The translations under genes and the position numbers were made by a program. The notes below the pieces were generated by a model that did no database searches, was not told the origin of the DNA, and worked only from the letters and a program-made list of their open reading frames with translations. Below are positions 58,385 through 64,000 of a stretch of DNA of 64,000 bases, in pieces; position 1 is the stretch's first letter; each line of letters begins with the position of its first letter. Source of the stretch: Gemmatimonadales bacterium (GTDB lineage Bacteria; Gemmatimonadota; Gemmatimonadetes; Gemmatimonadales; GWC2-71-9); assembly GCA_039794085.1 (NCBI GenBank), contig JBDIWC010000012.1:1-64000 (forward strand). Direction: 5' to 3'.

Positions 58385-59169
58385 CCGAGCGTGACCTCAG
58401 CCCGGCCCCGTCCATTCCGATCGGTCTGGTGGAAGGGTGGCACGCTCTCGGTGTCGTGGCGGGTATGACCGAGCGCCCCGATCCTCTGGGCGGCGATTTC
58501 GACCTTGGCCTTCGTGGCCGGGAGCCTGCCGGAGAGGTCATGGCCCGCTGGGATCGTTTCCGGGCGGCGTTCTCCGGCTTTCAGGCCTTTCGATCGGGGC
58601 ACCAGGTTCACGGCACCACGGTCCTCCGACACCAGGGGGAAGGACCACCGGGGTGGACCATCACGGAGGGTGTGGACGGGCACGTCACCGACGCTCCCGG
58701 GATTCTCCTCCTGGTGACGGTGGCGGACTGTATCCCGGTGTTTCTCTTCGATCCGGTGGCTCGGGTGGCGGGGTTGATGCATGCCGGATGGCGCGGAACA
58801 GCGGGGGGAATACTCGGTGCCGGGTTGGAGATGATGACCCACTGCGGAGCCGCTGTTGAAAACACGATTATGCACTGTGGCGTAGGGATTTGCGGTGGTT
58901 GCTATGAGGTGGGAAGCGAAGTTGCGGACGCCTTGGGAATCGCCACAGCAGGTGATGTGGGACGGTTGACGGTTGATCTCCGGGCGTGCCTGGTGGAGGA
59001 GGGGAGGCGGGCAGGGATTCGAACGATCTCGGTCGCTCCTGAATGCTCCCGGGAACGGGAGGATCGCTTCTTCTCTCACCGGCGAGGTGGTGTGGGAGAA
59101 GGACGGATGGTTGCCTTTCTGGGGATGCCGCCCCGAAGGGGTCCCGCGGGGGCGGGCTCACCCGTTTGA
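58381..59169 (+). CDS. pgeF: Polyphenol oxidase family / peptidoglycan editing factor (YfiH/PgeF)
   Basis: HQVHG, VADCIP, HAGWRG, CYEVG and FFSHRR motifs. Confidence 0.9.
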   Translation: MTERDLSPAPSIPIGLVEGWHALGVVAGMTERPDPLGGDFDLGLRGREPAGEVMARWDRFRAAFSGFQAFRSGHQVHGTTVLRHQGEGPPGWTITEGVDGHVTDAPGILLLVTVADCIPVFLFDPVARVAGLMHAGWRGTAGGILGAGLEMMTHCGAAVENTIMHCGVGICGGCYEVGSEVADALGIATAGDVGRLTVDLRACLVEEGRRAGIRTISVAPECSREREDRFFSHRRGGVGEGRMVAFLGMPPRRGPAGAGSPV

Positions 59170-59194
59170 CGTCACCCCCTGACAGGGCTATGTT
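59166..59194 (+). promoter_or_regulatory. sigma70 promoter of the nusA-infB operon
   Basis: TTGACG-N17-TATGTT. Confidence 0.7.
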
Positions 59195-59229
59195 TACGGT
59201 CTGGCTGGATCCCGTTGGGATCCCGGGTG

Positions 59230-59259
59230 ATGTGGGGTCCGTCCCCACATTTTTCTTTT
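59230..59259 (+). promoter_or_regulatory. rimP/nusA-leader-like attenuator hairpin
   Basis: ATGTGGGG-TCCGT-CCCCACAT followed by TTTTCTTTT in the nusA leader. Confidence 0.7.
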
Positions 59260-59421
59260 CCCCGCTGGCGGGTGGCTTTCCCATCCGTCCTTGTCTCGAG
59301 ATCCCTCTCGCAACGGGCAGGTCCGTGGAGCGGGTTCCGGGCGTCAGCCCCCGCGAATGCGGCGGCACGACGGCGGGGCCACGGACGTGCGCAATCGCAG
59401 CCGTTCCTGCGCTGGAGTACC

Positions 59422-60789
59422 ATGATGGCCGGTTCAGTGGAAATGTTGGCCGCGTTTCGGGAGTTGGCCACCCTGAAGCAGCTCGATCGGGGCGACCTCA
59501 TCGATCTGCTGCAGGATGGAATCCATGCGGCGCTGATGCGGAAGTTTGGCCCCAATGTCAAGTTCGAGATGCAGCTGGATGACCTGAACGGGACCATTCG
59601 AATCACCCGGCTCCGGCAGGTGGCCCTGGAGGTGGAGGATCCGTCCGCTCAGGTGTCGCTCGAGGATGCCCGATACGAGGATCCGGAGTTCGAAGTGGGG
59701 GACATGCTGGAGGAGGATGTCCCGTTCGAGGAATTCGGGCGCCTGGCGGTGCAGGCCGCGAAGCAGCGGATTCTTCAGCGGGTGCGGGAAGGGGAGCGGA
59801 CCCGGATTCGGGAGGAATTCGGCCATCGGATGGGAGACCTCCTCTCCGGGGAGATCCAGCAGATCGAGAGGGGGAAGATTGTCCTTCTTCTTCCCAAGTT
59901 TCGCGAGGCGGAGGCCATCATCCCCTACCGGGAGCAGAACCACCGCGAGCACTTCCACCAGGGGGACACCATCCGCGCCGTCCTCAAGCGGCTGGAGGAG
60001 ACCCCGAAGGGCCCCCGCCTGGTCCTGTCCCGCGCCGATCCCGGTTTCGTGGCCGCGCTCTTCAAGCTGGAAGTTCCGGAGATCGCTCAGGGAATTGTGG
60101 AGATCCGTGCCACGGCGCGCGAGGTGAGCAGCCGGACCAAGGTCGCCGTCATCAGCCGGGATGATGCCATTGACCCGGTGGGGGCCTGCGTCGGCCTGAA
60201 GGGAAGCCGGGTTCAGGCGATCGTGAACGAACTGGGGGGAGAGCGGATCGACATCGTGCCCTGGTCGCCCGATCCGGAGCGGTTTGCCCGGCTCGCCCTC
60301 GCCCCGGCGCGGGTGGCCAAGGTGTTCTCGGTGCCGGACACGCGTACCATTCAGGCGGTGGTGGACGAGGATCAGCTCTCCCTTGCCATCGGCCGTAACG
60401 GCCAGAACGTGCGACTGGCGTCGGAACTGACCGGATGGAAGATCGATCTCTATTCCAGCCGGGAGTGGATGGAGCGGGGTGGGGAGGGTCCGCTCTTCCT
60501 GCCGGCCACGGAGGAGGAAATCGTCACCCGAGTCCCCCTGTCGGAGCTCAAGGGACTTTCGGAGGAGCTGGTGGCCACGCTGGCGGCGGCGGGACATGTC
60601 ATGCTCGACGACATCCTCGACCTGGAGCGGGCCGACATCAGTGCGCTCCCGGGCATCACGCCCGCGGCCGAGGAGCAGCTGGTGGCCTTTCTGGCCGATC
60701 TGCTCGACGAGGGTGAGGAGCCGGGTGACGGGGAGGAGTCTGGCGAGGGTGTGACGCCGGAGAGTGTCTCGCCCCCGCCCGCCGGGTGA
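59422..60789 (+). CDS. nusA: Transcription termination factor NusA
   Basis: FGRLAVQAAKQ, DPVGACVG and SLAIGRNGQNVRLAS motifs. Confidence 0.97.
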   Translation: MMAGSVEMLAAFRELATLKQLDRGDLIDLLQDGIHAALMRKFGPNVKFEMQLDDLNGTIRITRLRQVALEVEDPSAQVSLEDARYEDPEFEVGDMLEEDVPFEEFGRLAVQAAKQRILQRVREGERTRIREEFGHRMGDLLSGEIQQIERGKIVLLLPKFREAEAIIPYREQNHREHFHQGDTIRAVLKRLEETPKGPRLVLSRADPGFVAALFKLEVPEIAQGIVEIRATAREVSSRTKVAVISRDDAIDPVGACVGLKGSRVQAIVNELGGERIDIVPWSPDPERFARLALAPARVAKVFSVPDTRTIQAVVDEDQLSLAIGRNGQNVRLASELTGWKIDLYSSREWMERGGEGPLFLPATEEEIVTRVPLSELKGLSEELVATLAAAGHVMLDDILDLERADISALPGITPAAEEQLVAFLADLLDEGEEPGDGEESGEGVTPESVSPPPAG

Positions 60790-61094
60790 CAGGTCTGGAG
60801 GGGTTGCTGGGTCTCGGTGCGCGAGCCGGTTCGATTCTGATCGGTGTGGAAGCGGTGCGGGCGGGATTGCAGCGGGAGCGGTGCCGGGTCGTGGTGATTG
60901 CCTCCGATGCGAGCCCTCGGGCTCGGGAGAAGGTGGAACGTCTCGCGGCCGGTCGCGGAATACCCCGGGTTGTCGGACCCGGTTCGGATGCACTGGGGCG
61001 GCAATTGGGTCGTCCGCCCGTCATGGTAGTCGGGATCGTCGATCCCGCCCTTGCCCGAGGGATTGTACGAGCCGCTCCCGGCGGACCGGCCTGA
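60786..61094 (+). CDS. L7Ae/L30e-family RNA-binding protein (YlxQ-like)
   Basis: LLGLGARAG, VVIASDAS and LGRQLGR motifs; lies between nusA and infB. Confidence 0.88.
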   Translation: MTGLEGLLGLGARAGSILIGVEAVRAGLQRERCRVVVIASDASPRAREKVERLAAGRGIPRVVGPGSDALGRQLGRPPVMVVGIVDPALARGIVRAAPGGPA

Positions 61095-61104
61095 GGAGGA
61101 GTTT

Positions 61105-63912
61105 GTGGTCAAGACGAAAGTCAAGGATCTCGCGGAAGAATTCGCCACGTCGCCTGAGCAGGTTCTCGCGATGTTGCATGAGATGGGCGTGACCGTCCGG
61201 AGCGCGGGAAGTGCCGTGCCGGAGGATCAGGTCTCCGCCGCCCGCGTGCGGTGGGAGCGGGAAAAGAGGAGGCAGGCCGCCGCCGAGGCGGCTCCCCCGA
61301 AGAAGGCCCGCCGGAAGAAGGCTGCCGAGCCCGAGGTGGCCCCGGAGGAGGCGTCCCCCATTACGGCCCGGGCGACCAAGCGCCGGCGCACCGCCGCTGA
61401 AGTGGCCGAATCAGAGGCGACGCTGGCCGCGGAGCGTGAGGCCGAGCCGCCGACGGCGGTGGATCTCGCGCGCACCCTCGCCGAACGTCCGGAGCCCGCC
61501 CCGAAGCAGGTGTCCCTGGAAGAGCGGGCCAAGGCCCTCTTCAAGGACCTTCCCCCCTCCGCCCCGGACGAGGAACCGGTTCGGACGGAATCGGAACCGC
61601 AGCCCAGCCGGGAGTCCGCGGCGGCTTCGCAGCCCCCGCCACGTCCGTCTCCCGCCGCTGCTCCCCCGCGTGCGGTTTCGGCGGTGACGCCCCCGGCGGA
61701 AGCGGGAACCTCCCCCTCACCGGCCGAACCCCCGGCGCGTCCGGAGCGGAAGCCCTTCATCCCACCCCGGGTGGCGCGCCCGGCTCCTGCAGCCGAGGGA
61801 CGGCCGGCGCGGGGGAGGGGACCCACGCCCGTCTTCAGCAGCAGCTCTCCTTCCTCCCCCCGGAGTGGAGGGGGCGCGGGCACGGCCGGCACGGATCGTC
61901 CGGCCCGGAGTTTCGGACCCGATGCCGCTCCCCGGGGCGCCGCGGGACGGAAGAAGGGGAAGAAGGGCCGCCGGGCCCATGTGGACCAGGATGCGGTCCA
62001 GCAGAACATCATGAAGACCCTGCAGGGGATGAAGGGCAGTGGCGGCCGGAAGGGCCGGGGCCGGGCGGGAGAGTCGAACTATCGGCAGGTCATGGCCGGC
62101 CTGGCGGCGGAGGAACGGGAGCTCGAAAAGACCCGGATCCGGGTGAACGAGTTCGTGTCGGTGTCGGAGCTGGCGGAGTCGATGAAGATTCCCGCCACCG
62201 CCATCGTGCAGTATGCGTTCAAGGAACTGGGACTCATGGTGACGGTCAACCAGCGTCTCGACTTTGACCAGATCGAGCTCATCGCCTCCCAATTCGGGTT
62301 CGAGGCGATCCGGGAGGATGAATACGCCGCCGATGTGGCCACGGCTCCCACCGACGACGCGGGAGATCTCGTGCCCCGGCCTCCGGTGGTGACTATCATG
62401 GGCCATGTGGACCACGGCAAGACCTCGTTGCTCGACCACATCCGGAGCGCCAACATCGTCGCGGGGGAGGCCGGGGGAATCACCCAGCACATCGGCGCCT
62501 ATCACGTCGTCCTGCCGGACGGTCGTGCCCTGACCTTCCTCGACACGCCGGGCCACGAGGCGTTCACGGCCATGCGGGCCCGCGGAGCACAGGTGACGGA
62601 CATTGTCGTCCTCGTCATCGCGGCCGACGACCAGGTGATGCCCCAGACCGTGGAGGCGATCAGCCATGCACGGAATGCCGGCGTGCCGATCGTCGTGGCG
62701 ATCAACAAGGTGGACCTCCCCAGCGCGAACGTCGCGAAGGTGAAGCAGGACCTGCTCCAGCAAAACGTCGTGCTCGAGGAGTTCGGGGGCACGGTGCTGA
62801 GCGCGGAGATCTCGGCCAAGACCGGCCGAGGGGTGGACCAGTTGCTCGATCAAGTCCTGCTCCAGGCCGAGATGCTCGATGTCCAGGCCAATGCCGGGGC
62901 GGAGCACGCTTCCGGCACGGTCCTGGAGGCCTCCCTCGATCCCGGCAAGGGGCCGATCGCAACCATTCTCATCCAGCGCGGAACGCTCGTCCTGGGCCAC
63001 GATTTCATCTGCGGCATGTACTCGGGCCGGGTGCGCGCCATGCACGATGAGCGCGGCAAGCCCATCCAGTCGGCGGGACCGTCGATTCCGGTTCAGGTGC
63101 TGGGCTTCGATGGAGTTCCGGCCGCGGGCGACACCTTCCTGGCGATGGCCGATGCGGCCGAGGCGCGGCAAATTGCCCAGAAGCGCCAGCGCCTGGAGCG
63201 GGAGGCCCAGAACCGGCGAAGCGCCCGCGGGGGAACCCTGGAGGACTTCAGCCGGGCTCTCCGGGAGGGGCAAGTCACGAATCTGCCGATCATCCTCAAG
63301 GCCGACCAGGGAGGGCCGGCCGAGGCCCTCGCCGACGCTCTGGCCCAGCTCGGAACTTCCGAGGTGCGGGTGGACATCGTGCACCGGGGGGTTGGGGCGA
63401 TCACCGAGAGCGACGTCCTCCTGGCCAAGGCGTCGGGAGCGATCATCATCGGATTCCATGTCCGCCCCGATGCCAATGCCCGGTCCACGGCGGAGCGGGA
63501 ACAGGTCGATGTGCGCACCTACCGCGTCATCTACGAGGCGGTGGACGATGTGCGCCAGGCGCTGGAGGGGCTCCTCAAGCCGGAGGAGCGGGAAACGATC
63601 CTGGGCGAGGCCGAGGTGCTCGAGGTGTTCAAGGTGAGCAAGGTGGGAACCATCGCGGGGAGCATCGTGCGTCAGGGAACCATCGCGCGCACCGGCCGGG
63701 TCCGGGTGGTGCGGGATGGCAAGATCGTCTACACGGGGGGCATCAGCAGCCTGAAGCGCTTCAAGGACGATGTGAAGGAAGTGCGCGATGGGCTGGAGTG
63801 CGGCATCGGGATCGAGAACTTCAACGACGTGAAGGTCGGGGACCGGATCGAGGCGTTCCGCATGGAGGAGATCAAGCGGACCCTCGAGTCGGTCGCGGCC
63901 GAGTCGGCGTAG
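61105..63912 (+). CDS. infB: Translation initiation factor IF-2
   Basis: [16 protein letters not shown] and NKVD motifs; GTG behind GAGGAGG. Confidence 0.98.
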   Translation: MVKTKVKDLAEEFATSPEQVLAMLHEMGVTVRSAGSAVPEDQVSAARVRWEREKRRQAAAEAAPPKKARRKKAAEPEVAPEEASPITARATKRRRTAAEVAESEATLAAEREAEPPTAVDLARTLAERPEPAPKQVSLEERAKALFKDLPPSAPDEEPVRTESEPQPSRESAAASQPPPRPSPAAAPPRAVSAVTPPAEAGTSPSPAEPPARPERKPFIPPRVARPAPAAEGRPARGRGPTPVFSSSSPSSPRSGGGAGTAGTDRPARSFGPDAAPRGAAGRKKGKKGRRAHVDQDAVQQNIMKTLQGMKGSGGRKGRGRAGESNYRQVMAGLAAEERELEKTRIRVNEFVSVSELAESMKIPATAIVQYAFKELGLMVTVNQRLDFDQIELIASQFGFEAIREDEYAADVATAPTDDAGDLVPRPPVVTIMGHVDHGKTSLLDHIRSANIVAGEAGGITQHIGAYHVVLPDGRALTFLDTPGHEAFTAMRARGAQVTDIVVLVIAADDQVMPQTVEAISHARNAGVPIVVAINKVDLPSANVAKVKQDLLQQNVVLEEFGGTVLSAEISAKTGRGVDQLLDQVLLQAEMLDVQANAGAEHASGTVLEASLDPGKGPIATILIQRGTLVLGHDFICGMYSGRVRAMHDERGKPIQSAGPSIPVQVLGFDGVPAAGDTFLAMADAAEARQIAQKRQRLEREAQNRRSARGGTLEDFSRALREGQVTNLPIILKADQGGPAEALADALAQLGTSEVRVDIVHRGVGAITESDVLLAKASGAIIIGFHVRPDANARSTAEREQVDVRTYRVIYEAVDDVRQALEGLLKPEERETILGEAEVLEVFKVSKVGTIAGSIVRQGTIARTGRVRVVRDGKIVYTGGISSLKRFKDDVKEVRDGLECGIGIENFNDVKVGDRIEAFRMEEIKRTLESVAAESA

Positions 63913-63918
63913 GCCGGC

Positions 63919-64000
63919 ATGCGTCGGCGCATCGGAACTCATCGGCCCGAGCAGGTGGCCGAAGTGGTCCGCCAGGTGGTGGCCACCGCGCTGGTGGAAG
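63919..64000 (+). CDS. rbfA: Ribosome-binding factor A (5' part, truncated by window edge)
   Basis: MRRRIGTHRPEQVAEVVRQVVA directly after infB. Confidence 0.8.
   Translation, partial: MRRRIGTHRPEQVAEVVRQVVATALVE

Noticed and set aside
61400..62080. Pro/Ala/Arg-rich stretch in infB
   Set aside because: Normal variable N-terminal region of IF-2.

Overview
High-GC bacterial chromosome segment. Gene content and order suggest Gemmatimonadota (inference, no search run). Positions 1-7300 form an accessory island: the end of a probable IS3-family element, a SWIM zinc-finger gene, a secreted CarboxypepD_reg/plug-like protein, a vapBC toxin-antitoxin pair, an SBP56-like beta-propeller lipoprotein, DUF4282 and a small membrane protein. 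The intergenic spacers here are packed with GTAG- and CGTC-type REP-like hairpins, CGCCTAC/GGACGTA/CTTCAAA heptamer arrays and other short repeats, and they delimit the genes like cassettes. Next come topA, an uncharacterised operon (two Ig-like+LVIVD propeller paralogs, a YncE-like propeller, a ZIP-like permease), tRNA-Ser(GGA) with a downstream 15-bp duplication of its 3' part, msrPQ-copC, pyrRBC and rpsT. A long operon follows (site-2 protease, scpAB, rluB, MoxR/DUF58/Bat genes, mutL, miaA, bshA, uppP, birA). The rest holds an OMP-barrel-NlpC/P60 fusion, a copper monooxygenase-like gene, CIRCE-groESL, sugar nucleotidyltransferases, serS, pcrA, murA (catalytic Cys replaced by Asp), pgeF and nusA-L7Ae-infB-rbfA without rimP. 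All calls come from motif recognition by eye. Best candidates for an undescribed system: the repeat-delimited cassette island, the His-rich propeller/permease operon, the copper monooxygenase-like protein and the barrel-peptidase fusion.
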